NCBI GenBank assembly: GCA_018663505.1
Contig: JABJQG010000053.1
Coordinates: 80,239 to 144,238 of the forward strand
Reading direction: 5' to 3'
Origin: Pseudobdellovibrionaceae bacterium
Lineage (GTDB): Bacteria; Bdellovibrionota; Bdellovibrionia; Bdellovibrionales; UBA1609
DNA length: 64,000 nucleotides
A program made the position numbers and the translations under genes. The notes beneath the pieces were generated by a model, which worked only from the letters and a program-made list of their open reading frames with translations, ran no database searches and was not told the origin of the DNA. How positions within the stretch are numbered: the stretch's first letter is position 1; every line of letters starts with the position of its first letter. Positions 37,551-46,558 of the stretch are shown here, one piece after another.

Positions 37551-39386
37551 ATGATAAAATTCATTTCAATCATTCTCATTTCTCTCCCTAGTTTTGCCAG
37601 CGCTGAATGGTTTTGTGCAGAGGGGGCTTCTGAACGTAATGCCACTTCAATTTTTTCTTGCGGCATAGGTGTGCACAAACAAGAAAATCTGGCCAGAAAA
37701 AAAGCATTAGAGAATGCATTCCAAGAACTAGAAATGATTTGTAATTACTCTGCTGACTGCAAACAGTTCCAACTTAATATTGTACCAAAAAGAACTGACT
37801 GTAAAAAATCTGGAGAAAACTATAAATGCTATAGAGGAGTTCTTGCCCAAATTACAGATAAAAAACGCAAGCAAAAATACCAAAAAGGTCAAACAATAAG
37901 CAAAGAGCGAGATAGATTTGAAATCAGAATATTACAAATAGCTAACCTTATGACAAAACAAACGTGTTCCATAGACACCACCTCTTTTGAACAGGCCCTA
38001 CTTGACCTATCTACTGAGAAAAAAATTGTCAAAATGACTGATTTAGCAGTTAGGGTTCCCTTCTCAATGCTATGTTCAAAATCACACTTAACGGCTCTAG
38101 CTCATCTGACTAAAATGAAATCCAAAACCCCAACTTCATATAAGCTGTTTTTGGCGAATACTCTAATGTCCATAAAAGATCCAAGCCAAGACAATCGAGC
38201 AATGAGTATCTTCAGATATGTGCATTCAGCGGGACCTGGACCTTTTTCTCAGGATGAATGGCAATCCCTGCTCACTTCATTACAAAAAACAAATTCTCAT
38301 GATCTCCACCGCTATATTCCCTATATGTTCCACAGTGAGTATCACAAACAAAATCGTAAGGTTCAAAAGACACGAATTAACGAAATGCTCCAGAGCGCTC
38401 TTGATGGAAAAATTGGCAAACCCACGCCTCTCACATTTGATGAGGCATTTATCACAATTGCTGAACGCATGCCAAAAAATCACAATGCCTGGCTCGAAAC
38501 TATTATCTTTTCGTGGCAGAATAAACTGAAAGGCCAAAAAACCAGAAGAGTTCAGTCTCTTCTCATGCGAATATATAAAGGTAGCAACTCAAGAGAGCAG
38601 AAAAAGCAGATCTCTCAGTGGATGGCGAAAAATATAAACCAGTCTGCAAAAAATGAAAAATTAGGAGCCATTGTTGTTAAACTTGTAAATGATTTCAAAA
38701 CTCAGATCAGCAGACTGGACGATGAGGAAATTGAGGATATTAGGCAGATTAAGATACTCAAGGAAGATCTAGAATTAGTAAAATCCCTCACCATAAGTCA
38801 ATTAGAGGAAATATTACCCAGAGTGAAAAGTAAGTACAATAAGCAGCAACGTAGCTTGTTTTGTATTGAAAACGGTTTTCGCTGTGCAGGTCTTATCCCA
38901 ACTAATGCCCAATTTAAAGCATTACTCTCTAGCAAGAAAAAACGTAAGCATTTAAAAGCACTAGAGCTCTTAGTAAAAATGCCTAAACGAAGTCAAGAGA
39001 TAGAACCTTTTATCTTGAAAAAGTTTAAAGCCTCAGAGGGAGACCCAAAATCTTCTAATGCCATTACGCAAAAATACATTGAGGTTTTATTAGCAGCACA
39101 AACAAGTCATACACCCACTATCAAGCTCATATTAAATCTTTCAATGAATGGTCGATATAACTATGATAAAACTATTTCTGCTCTTGGATCAAGGGCCGTT
39201 CCTCACCTTGTAGAAATTGTAAAAGATCCGAATCACAAAAGCCGACGCCTTGCCATCAAGCTTTTAGGAAATCTTGGGGGTAAAGCTAAAATCGCTGTCC
39301 CTGCTCTAGAAGCTGCTAAGAGGAAAGAAAAACAGTCTTACGTTTTAGAGAGTATAAATCATAGTCTTCAGAAAATTAAAAACTGA
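37551..39386 (+). CDS. Secreted protein of unknown function with C-terminal HEAT-like repeats
   Basis: Signal peptide MIKFISIILISLPSFASA. The C-terminus, PHLVEIVKDPNHKSRRLAIKLLGNLGGKAKIAVPALEAA, resembles HEAT/PBS-lyase repeats. Confidence 0.6.
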   Translation: MIKFISIILISLPSFASAEWFCAEGASERNATSIFSCGIGVHKQENLARKKALENAFQELEMICNYSADCKQFQLNIVPKRTDCKKSGENYKCYRGVLAQITDKKRKQKYQKGQTISKERDRFEIRILQIANLMTKQTCSIDTTSFEQALLDLSTEKKIVKMTDLAVRVPFSMLCSKSHLTALAHLTKMKSKTPTSYKLFLANTLMSIKDPSQDNRAMSIFRYVHSAGPGPFSQDEWQSLLTSLQKTNSHDLHRYIPYMFHSEYHKQNRKVQKTRINEMLQSALDGKIGKPTPLTFDEAFITIAERMPKNHNAWLETIIFSWQNKLKGQKTRRVQSLLMRIYKGSNSREQKKQISQWMAKNINQSAKNEKLGAIVVKLVNDFKTQISRLDDEEIEDIRQIKILKEDLELVKSLTISQLEEILPRVKSKYNKQQRSLFCIENGFRCAGLIPTNAQFKALLSSKKKRKHLKALELLVKMPKRSQEIEPFILKKFKASEGDPKSSNAITQKYIEVLLAAQTSHTPTIKLILNLSMNGRYNYDKTISALGSRAVPHLVEIVKDPNHKSRRLAIKLLGNLGGKAKIAVPALEAAKRKEKQSYVLESINHSLQKIKN

Positions 39387-39413
39387 ACTCCTTATCTAAG
39401 CTCCTTTTTTTAT

Positions 39414-39800
39414 TCAAATGTCATAACGACAAGCCACTCGTACAGCAGATAATTCAGATAAGTTATCTATCAACTGTTGTAGTCTACCCCTAAGATTTAA
39501 ATCCCCTTCAATATAAAAATAAACAACCCCCTTATCAAACACATAGTTACCGTTTTCGTAGAGAGTTGGTGTAAATAAAATTTTCAAATCAGGATGATGC
39601 AATTGAGTCCACATAACTTCGGACTCAAATGCATCTATAACATCAGTATCTACTGTGACAACGTATTGATCCAAAAAAACATATCCGGTAGCATAATACG
39701 CCTTTTCACAAATACGGACCAATCCCTCTGCTTGAGATTGTGTAGGATAAATTGTGGCGAACAATGCTATGACAAAACTACTCATCAAAAAACTTCTCAT
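39414..39800 (-). CDS. Small secreted protein of unknown function
   Basis: The track start at 39839 is TTG. ATG 39800 follows a GGGGGGAAG RBS and gives MRSFLMSSFVIALFATIYPTQSQA. Confidence 0.55.
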   Translation of the reverse strand: MRSFLMSSFVIALFATIYPTQSQAEGLVRICEKAYYATGYVFLDQYVVTVDTDVIDAFESEVMWTQLHHPDLKILFTPTLYENGNYVFDKGVVYFYIEGDLNLRGRLQQLIDNLSELSAVRVACRYDI

Positions 39801-39873
39801 GACTTCCCCCCTGTAAGCTTTCCAAGTATCAAAAACCAATAATCAGGGTCAATGCCTATCTCAGGTAAAGTGC

Positions 39874-39934
39874 CAAAAGGTGCCAGCTCACTTATGGGAC
39901 GCGGTGAGTCCCATAAGTGAGCTGGCACCTTTTG
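39874..39934. repeat. Perfect 27-bp-stem hairpin (7-nt loop) in a divergent intergenic region
   Basis: CAAAAGGTGCCAGCTCACTTATGGGAC-gcggtga-GTCCCATAAGTGAGCTGGCACCTTTTG. A 21-nt near-copy of the right arm lies at 30967-30987. Confidence 0.85.
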
Positions 39935-39977
39935 AGGCCTGGCAGTTTTTTCCAACTCTATAACACCTTATTATTAT

Positions 39978-40008
39978 TTGACAAAAACACCCTTAAGCCA
40001 GATATAAT
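39978..40008 (+). promoter_or_regulatory. Sigma-70-type promoter candidate for recG
   Basis: TTGACA at 39978-39983. GATATA at 40001-40006 gives a 17-nt spacer. TATAAT at 40003-40008 gives a 19-nt spacer. ATG 40017 lies only ~9-11 nt further on. Confidence 0.45.
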
Positions 40009-40016
40009 GCCTCTCT

Positions 40017-42113
40017 ATGGGGATTAATTGGTATACACAAGTTCAATATTTAAAAGGGGTTGGCCCCAAGCTTGGTTCTATTTTAGAGCGCAAGGGCTAT
40101 GACACCGTTGGTAAACTACTTTATAACTTTCCCAGAACTTACGAGGATCAGCGCGCAATGCTTGAGCTTTCCAAGTTGGTCCCCGACCAAATTGTCACTT
40201 TAAGAACCCATATTCAAAAAGTGAGTTCCTTCAACATGGGACGTTCGAAAAGAAAAATTTATGAAGTGATGGTGGGAGATTCCACTGGTAAAGTTAAATG
40301 TAAGTTTTTTCGAGTGCCCTACCGTGGTTACTTTCAAAGGTTCCAGCCTTTACAACTGGTGCGTATTTCCGGAAAAGTCACAAACTATCGGGGAAGCATA
40401 GAGTTCCACCACCCTACTATTGATCCTATCACTGATGATGAGACTATGGAAGACGAGCTTATTCCTCTATATTCAGAAACTGAAGGCCTCACTTCTGCAA
40501 AAATGCGTCGATTAATTCAGGTCGCACTTTTCCACCTTACAGATAAAAAGAATTTTACTGAACACTGTTTTCCCGATTCTTTGCCCGACTGGTTAGAAAA
40601 AAAATACCAGCTAATGTCTAAACAAGAAGCTCTCAAAGAAATTCACCATCCCCCTTTGGACGTTGCAGAACCTTTAACCTTCTTTAGATCCCCTGCGCAA
40701 AAACGAATTATTTTTGAAGAGTTTTTTTGGTTGGAGCTCTATTTAGCTTCAAAAAAAACGGGTTTTAAAAATCAAACATCACCCAAGATGATAACCAATC
40801 CAAAGTGGACAAGTCAGTTTCTAAATAGCTTGCCCTTTGAACTCACTGGTGCTCAAAAGATTGCTTTTCAGGAAATCCATAAAGATATTGCTAAATCACA
40901 ACCCATGCACCGTCTGGTTCAAGGAGATGTTGGTAGCGGTAAGACTCTTGTGGCACTTTTAGCAGCACTTGTGGCCGTTGAAAGTGGTTACCAAGTGAGT
41001 TTTATGGTACCCACAGAGATTTTAGCTGAACAACATTACAAAAACTCATTAAAGTTTTTTGAAAATTTACCTGTTAAAATTGGTTTACTTACTGGCAAGC
41101 AAAAAACAAAAGAAAAAAATGATAACCTAGAAAAAATAACCTCTGGAGAATTTGACCTTTGCATTGGCACCCATGCTCTTATGCAAAAAGATGTGTCATA
41201 CAAAAATTTAGGCCTAGTCATTGTGGATGAACAACATCGCTTTGGTGTTAACCAAAGAAAAGAACTTCGCTCTAAGGGCCAAGCTCCCCATTTTTTGGTC
41301 ATGACCGCCACTCCCATTCCTCGAACTTTAGCCATGACCGCCTATGGTGACCTTGATGTTTCCATTATTAATGAGCTTCCTAAAGGACGACAGGTTATTA
41401 CCACAAAAAAGGCTTTGGCCAATAAGCGCGACAAAGTCTACGGATTTATGTTGGACCAAGTAAAAAAGGGCCGACAAGTATACATCGTCTACCCGCTTGT
41501 TGAGGAAAGTGAAAAAATGGATCTCAAAGATGCGGTCAGTGAATTTGAGAAACTAAAAAATCTTTTCCCAGACACTCGCTTTGGACTGTTGCATGGAAAA
41601 ATGAAATCTGATGAAAAAGAAAATACTATGGGGCTTTTTCGCGATCACAAAATTGATGTATTAGTTTCCACAACTGTGATTGAGGTGGGTGTGGATGTTC
41701 CTAATGCCAACTTAATGATCATTGAACACTCCGAACGGTTTGGTCTTTCCCAGCTACATCAGCTTAGAGGTCGAGTAGGTCGAGGAGCCCACAAAAGCTA
41801 CTGTGTGCTTATGCTAGGATACGCTCAATCTGACGAAGCGCGTATGCGGGCTGAAGTCATGGAGCAGAATAGTGATGGCTTTAAAGTTTCAGAATACGAT
41901 TTGGAAATGCGAGGTGCTGGAGAATTTTTAGGCACTAAACAGTCTGGTTTGCCTGGTTTTAAAATGGCCAACCTTGTACGAGATTTAGAGATTTTAAAAC
42001 TTGCCCGAGAAGCTGCTTTTGATGTGTTTGAAAAAGACCCAAAGCTAAAAAAAGAAGAGCACAAGGCTTTACTAAAAACTCTCTATGAAAATCATAAGGA
42101 CATTGTGGGTTAA
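40017..42113 (+). CDS. recG: ATP-dependent DNA helicase RecG
   Basis: N-terminal LKGVGPKLGSILERKG wedge region. Helicase motifs GDVGSGKT, DEQHRFG, TATPIPRT and QLRGRVGRG. Confidence 0.96.
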   Translation: MGINWYTQVQYLKGVGPKLGSILERKGYDTVGKLLYNFPRTYEDQRAMLELSKLVPDQIVTLRTHIQKVSSFNMGRSKRKIYEVMVGDSTGKVKCKFFRVPYRGYFQRFQPLQLVRISGKVTNYRGSIEFHHPTIDPITDDETMEDELIPLYSETEGLTSAKMRRLIQVALFHLTDKKNFTEHCFPDSLPDWLEKKYQLMSKQEALKEIHHPPLDVAEPLTFFRSPAQKRIIFEEFFWLELYLASKKTGFKNQTSPKMITNPKWTSQFLNSLPFELTGAQKIAFQEIHKDIAKSQPMHRLVQGDVGSGKTLVALLAALVAVESGYQVSFMVPTEILAEQHYKNSLKFFENLPVKIGLLTGKQKTKEKNDNLEKITSGEFDLCIGTHALMQKDVSYKNLGLVIVDEQHRFGVNQRKELRSKGQAPHFLVMTATPIPRTLAMTAYGDLDVSIINELPKGRQVITTKKALANKRDKVYGFMLDQVKKGRQVYIVYPLVEESEKMDLKDAVSEFEKLKNLFPDTRFGLLHGKMKSDEKENTMGLFRDHKIDVLVSTTVIEVGVDVPNANLMIIEHSERFGLSQLHQLRGRVGRGAHKSYCVLMLGYAQSDEARMRAEVMEQNSDGFKVSEYDLEMRGAGEFLGTKQSGLPGFKMANLVRDLEILKLAREAAFDVFEKDPKLKKEEHKALLKTLYENHKDIVG

Positions 42114-42121
42114 GTTGTGAT

Positions 42122-43231
42122 TTAGCTTCTCTCATTTTGAAGTATATAATCATCACCATATTTTAAGATTTCATCATCTTCTTTAGGGTCATGATCTTTA
42201 TGTCTAATTTTTTTATAAACAGGGACATGGGTTCTCATATAATCAAAGGTGCCCTTATCTACCTGCAGAGCTTCCAAAATATGATTTAAATAAAGTGCCC
42301 AGTGACCAGCTTCATCAATTCTAAAAGATACAGGTTCTGTATTTCTTAAACCTTGTTTTCTCATTATGTCCATTTCTATGGATGAGAATGTTGTAGCCCT
42401 AGTCTCAATACCATGTTCATCGAAAGTATGTTTTAAATGACGATACATATCTCTGGCATAGGCAAATCTCCTAGAAAGCTCTTTAAATGACAAAACTCCA
42501 CCTGGGATATTTATGTCCAAATTCTTAACCCAAGAGGTATTCTTAGCTTTACTATCTTCAAAACCCCAACTTTTAGAGCCTGTTTGAATTTGAATTTTTA
42601 TTTCATCACCCATCTCACGGCTGTATGGAGATTCAGAGATAACAGATTTTTCACTTATGCGCTTTATAAGAGCTGTATATTGCCGAATTGAAGCATTAAT
42701 ATTTTGTTGATTGTTTGCTAAATTTTTTTTTGCAATTTCACTTACATTTGGCATCGTAATCGAGCCTGTGGTGACATCGGCATCCTTGTATGGAATCTCA
42801 ATGGTAATTACAATTTCTTTATCACCATATCTAACTAGCTTTTCCACCATGTATGTCATGTCTACTTGAGTGGTCTTAAATCCAAAGATCTCCAAGGTTT
42901 CAACAACTTTAGGTTGAACAAACACCCCTTTTATTTTGGCCCCCCTGGGAACTTCAACGAATTCTTTTTTATAGAATCCATCTTCACTTCTCATTGAGTT
43001 TTTAATTTCACTAATGAGTTGTGCTACTTCAGCACCAAGAGACTCTCTAAAATCCAAAAGAGACGCCTCCATGCTTCCTGGTTTCGGCACATCATTTTTG
43101 TTATTTAGGGAAATCTTTCCCGAATTAAGCGAATCTCCTTTAAATATTTTATAACATTGGTTATCTGCGAGCGCTAAGTTCGAACTTAAGCTCATAATCA
43201 AAAAAATAATGCTAATCAATTTTCCGTTCAT
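42122..43231 (-). CDS. Secreted protein of unknown function
   Basis: GGAG RBS. Signal peptide MNGKLISIIFLIMSLSSNLALA. No recognisable domain. Confidence 0.6.
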   Translation of the reverse strand: MNGKLISIIFLIMSLSSNLALADNQCYKIFKGDSLNSGKISLNNKNDVPKPGSMEASLLDFRESLGAEVAQLISEIKNSMRSEDGFYKKEFVEVPRGAKIKGVFVQPKVVETLEIFGFKTTQVDMTYMVEKLVRYGDKEIVITIEIPYKDADVTTGSITMPNVSEIAKKNLANNQQNINASIRQYTALIKRISEKSVISESPYSREMGDEIKIQIQTGSKSWGFEDSKAKNTSWVKNLDINIPGGVLSFKELSRRFAYARDMYRHLKHTFDEHGIETRATTFSSIEMDIMRKQGLRNTEPVSFRIDEAGHWALYLNHILEALQVDKGTFDYMRTHVPVYKKIRHKDHDPKEDDEILKYGDDYILQNERS

Positions 43232-43498
43232 CTAATCTCCAGAATTAGCATGTTTATCTACATAGCGCTTCGTCTTGCTCTGTATTTACAGCCAGTAATA
43301 ATTTGTGATTTTAACATTTATTTGGCTAATTATTCGGATAATTTTAGAAATTGAAAGAATAACAAAGAGCGAATAAAATTTAAACAACGGGCACCCCTAA
43401 CTGCTCCTAGAGCGTCTCTACCTGATGACCCAAATGGTTATCCACTTCAATGTAACCTACCGAAGCTTCTGAACCGGGGCCTAAAAAGGCACACTTAT

Positions 43499-44014
43499 TT
43501 AAAAAAAGCTTTTTGCTCGCATAATAGCTAGTGGGGAGTACCCCGCAGTAAAGTACTCAACAATTCCTTGCTCGGTAACAAAGGCAATACTTGGAGTAGC
43601 TTTTACATTAAAAGCACCCCAAGAGCGACCACTGGGGTCCACAAATACTGGGAAAACTAAATGGTTTTTCTGTAAATAGCTATTTACTGTATCCAAACTT
43701 TCCCCCATACTGAGAGCCACTATTTGATCTTTTTTTAATTCACCATCATCTATCGCACTTTTAAATAATTTCATTTGCTGGTGACAGGGCAAGCACCATG
43801 TAGCCCAAAACACATACACCATTTTCTTGTGAGCTATAGGGAACTGTACAGCTTTTCCTTCTAGATCATAAACTTCAAAGCTATTTAACTTTTGATCTTG
43901 TTGCTTAAAGGAATTATATATCGTGGGTCCCTGTCGATAAACTACAAAAACAAACAAAGCCACCACCAATATATCTGATACATATTTGGAATATTTCTTA
44001 ACTTTCAAATTCAT
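43499..44014 (-). CDS. TlpA/ResA-like membrane-anchored thiol:disulfide oxidoreductase
   Basis: N-terminal TM anchor and thioredoxin-fold motif FWATWCLPCHQQM. GGGGGAG RBS. Confidence 0.85.
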   Translation of the reverse strand: MNLKVKKYSKYVSDILVVALFVFVVYRQGPTIYNSFKQQDQKLNSFEVYDLEGKAVQFPIAHKKMVYVFWATWCLPCHQQMKLFKSAIDDGELKKDQIVALSMGESLDTVNSYLQKNHLVFPVFVDPSGRSWGAFNVKATPSIAFVTEQGIVEYFTAGYSPLAIMRAKSFF

Positions 44015-44037
44015 AACTCCCCCTTTGCATCAACCAA

Positions 44038-44234
44038 AAGGTGCCAGGCATCTTTTGCGGATGCACCGAATCAACTTCCAACGGCCTTACTTCCTACTAT
44101 GTACTATTAGTAACACATATCATATATGAAACCTTAACTCGTGCAAAAAACATTACGCAAAGCATCCGCAAAAGATGCCTGGCACCTTATTGCTACGCAA
44201 AGCATCCGCAAAAGATGCCTGGCACCTTATTGCT
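44038..44234. repeat. MITE-like element: 27-bp perfect inverted arms around a 97-bp core, with the right arm in a perfect 40-bp tandem duplication
   Basis: Left arm AAGGTGCCAGGCATCTTTTGCGGATGC at 44038-44064. Its exact reverse complement occurs at 44162-44188 and again at 44202-44228. The 40-bp unit ACGCAAAGCATCCGCAAAAGATGCCTGGCACCTTATTGCT occurs at 44155-44194 and 44195-44234. Confidence 0.8.
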
Positions 44235-46542
44235 TTTTATTTTCGAACCATTGGGGGAAACTTAGGAGTAGGGCTGGTAGGACGGTTAAGTCTAGGATTA
44301 AGGCTACGGATAGAATGAGGGCCACGAATTTTCCGAAGTTTTGATTAGGAATAAAGGATGCAAAAGCAAAGGTGGCAAAGGCTGCTACTAGTACTAGTGT
44401 GGTTGTTATTAGGGCCGGCGCAGTGTGGGTAAAAACTTTTGCTACAGCTGTTTTTGCATCATCACCGCTATCTAAAAACTTTTTAAAATTTGCTAGAAAA
44501 TGTATAGTGTCATCCACCGCAATTCCTAGGCAAACACTGCCTACAATCATGGTGCCAATATCTAAGTATCGGCCCGTCATATAAACTACTGCCGCACCTA
44601 TAAATAAAGGAATGGCATTAGGAAGTATAGATAATAAACCAATTTTCACATTGCCTAATCCAAAAATTAGGAGAATAGAAATGAAAAATACAGCAAGTGA
44701 CATGGATATGGAAAAGGATTTTACAACCAACCCATTATTACTTAAATACAATGGAAACTTACCTGTTACGTGAGCCTCTAGGCCCATGTCTTTAGCCTTT
44801 TGCTCAAACTCTTCAATCATATTCATGACCTGAACAGAATTATGAGAATTTGTCATGGCAGTGAGTCTTAAAGAATCATTTTTAATACTGACTCTGTTAT
44901 TTATATCCATACCTTGTGGAAGATTCATAGTGTAAAGAAACAATTGTTGTCCAACAAGTTCCTTACTTTCAGGTAAGATATATTGATCTTCAGTGCCGCC
45001 ATTGAGCACCTTGTTCATCTCCTTTAAAATATCTACTATAGATACTGTTTTTGTGATTTCCTTGTAGTTTAAAATCCAATTTTGATAGGCATCTACTTTT
45101 TTTAGAAACGCCGGATCCTTAATACCATCTGTCTCATTGGTATCCAAAACTATCTCTAGTCCCAGTGCCGAGCCAATTTCCTTTTCCATAAAATCTGTTG
45201 CAATACTTAATGGATACTGATCGTCAAAATATTTAAAGGGATCCGAGTTTACTGTCACCTTTGAAGCCAGAAAAATACTGAGTCCTGTGGCTAAAACTAT
45301 AAATACGAGAAGTTGTGTTTTCCATTTGTATATTAATTTAGAAAAATAAATGGAACGTTCGCTAGGTCTTAAATCAGGATTCTCTTCAATTACACCTTCT
45401 TTACGTTTAAGGGGTAAAATGTTAAGTGTAGCCCCTAATATAAAGTAACATACCACCCATGCACTTAAGGACCCCGCGCCTGCCATTATGCCCATTTTAG
45501 CAATAGCTGGAATTTCAGATCCTATAGCATAACTGAAAAACCCTACAGATGTACTGATAGAGGTGAGCAAGGTGGGTAAAAAGTTTTTTGATAAAGTTAA
45601 TGTGACAGCTTCTTTTTGCTCAAAACCCTGCTGGTAAAATTGAAAAAAGCTGGCCAGTATGTGAACGGCCACAGCTATGGATATGGCAATCATAAACTGG
45701 GGGACAATAGAAGTAAGATTATTTAACTCAAAGCCAAACCAACCGCCAAATCCCATGGTTGCAATAACAGTTAGCCCTATTACTACTAAAGGCAGAACTA
45801 CTCCACTAAACCTTCTAAATGACAATATAAGAAATAAAATAGCAACAGCACATACTATGGGTACCAGGTTTGCCATATCTGATTGCGAAGCCTCTTTAAA
45901 AGCAAAATTTAGAGCAGGAGTTCCCGCCAAATAGAGTGTATGATCAGATCGACCTTCATATTTTGCAATTATTTCTCTAAGCCCAGTAATGATTTTTTCA
46001 AAATTTGGAGAGCCCTCTATTTGAGGCTTTAAACTGGCAAATATTAAAGTGGTGGATGAGCTTTCATTAATTAAGTATCCCTTGATGGATTTATGATTTA
46101 CAGCAATTTCTTTTCTTTGCTCTAGAAGCTCAAAGTTTAGCTCTTCATCATCTGGAATCAGTGGCTCTACAAGTATTTCATCGCCTTCTGCATGCACCCA
46201 ATTAAAATTAGATAAAGAGTCAACTCGAATGACATCTGGTGCTTGCCATAGGTTTTCCGTAAGTTCAGACAAAACTTGAGCCGAATCTTTATCAAAAATA
46301 CCTGAAGGACTATGCAAGGCTATGACAGCTACCTCGTCATTACCAAAACGGCGTTCAAAGGCTTCGAACTCTAAAAGTTTAACATTGTCTTTTTCAAACC
46401 AGATACGATAACTAAAATCAGGGTAAAGATTTTTAGCACCAAAGCCAGCTAAAAAAACAAATACCAAACCCACTAAAATTGATTTATATGGGCTTTCAAT
46501 AATAAATTTTAAAAACTGCTCTAGTGCCTTTGAATTTCGCAT
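44227..46542 (-). CDS. MMPL/RND-superfamily exporter (COG1033-type)
   Basis: 771 aa with two 6-TM bundles, each preceded by a large periplasmic loop, which is typical MMPL architecture. The stop codon lies inside the tandem repeat. Confidence 0.85.
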   Translation of the reverse strand: MRNSKALEQFLKFIIESPYKSILVGLVFVFLAGFGAKNLYPDFSYRIWFEKDNVKLLEFEAFERRFGNDEVAVIALHSPSGIFDKDSAQVLSELTENLWQAPDVIRVDSLSNFNWVHAEGDEILVEPLIPDDEELNFELLEQRKEIAVNHKSIKGYLINESSSTTLIFASLKPQIEGSPNFEKIITGLREIIAKYEGRSDHTLYLAGTPALNFAFKEASQSDMANLVPIVCAVAILFLILSFRRFSGVVLPLVVIGLTVIATMGFGGWFGFELNNLTSIVPQFMIAISIAVAVHILASFFQFYQQGFEQKEAVTLTLSKNFLPTLLTSISTSVGFFSYAIGSEIPAIAKMGIMAGAGSLSAWVVCYFILGATLNILPLKRKEGVIEENPDLRPSERSIYFSKLIYKWKTQLLVFIVLATGLSIFLASKVTVNSDPFKYFDDQYPLSIATDFMEKEIGSALGLEIVLDTNETDGIKDPAFLKKVDAYQNWILNYKEITKTVSIVDILKEMNKVLNGGTEDQYILPESKELVGQQLFLYTMNLPQGMDINNRVSIKNDSLRLTAMTNSHNSVQVMNMIEEFEQKAKDMGLEAHVTGKFPLYLSNNGLVVKSFSISMSLAVFFISILLIFGLGNVKIGLLSILPNAIPLFIGAAVVYMTGRYLDIGTMIVGSVCLGIAVDDTIHFLANFKKFLDSGDDAKTAVAKVFTHTAPALITTTLVLVAAFATFAFASFIPNQNFGKFVALILSVALILDLTVLPALLLSFPQWFENKKQ

Positions 46543-46558
46543 TCACATTTCCTTTTAT

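Noticed and set aside
39875-44049. Common origin of the 39874 hairpin and the 44038 MITE-like element, based on the shared AAAAGGTGCCAG
   Set aside because: A 12-nt exact match is expected many times by chance in a 64-kb window, and the rest of the arms are unrelated. It is kept only as a remark.
44181-44194. TGGCACCTTATTGCT inside the MITE-like repeat as a sigma-54 promoter
   Set aside because: The spacing between TGGCAC and TTGC is 4 nt rather than 5, and it points antisense into the MMPL gene. The resemblance is most likely fortuitous. The same applies to TGGCAC in the 39874 hairpin.
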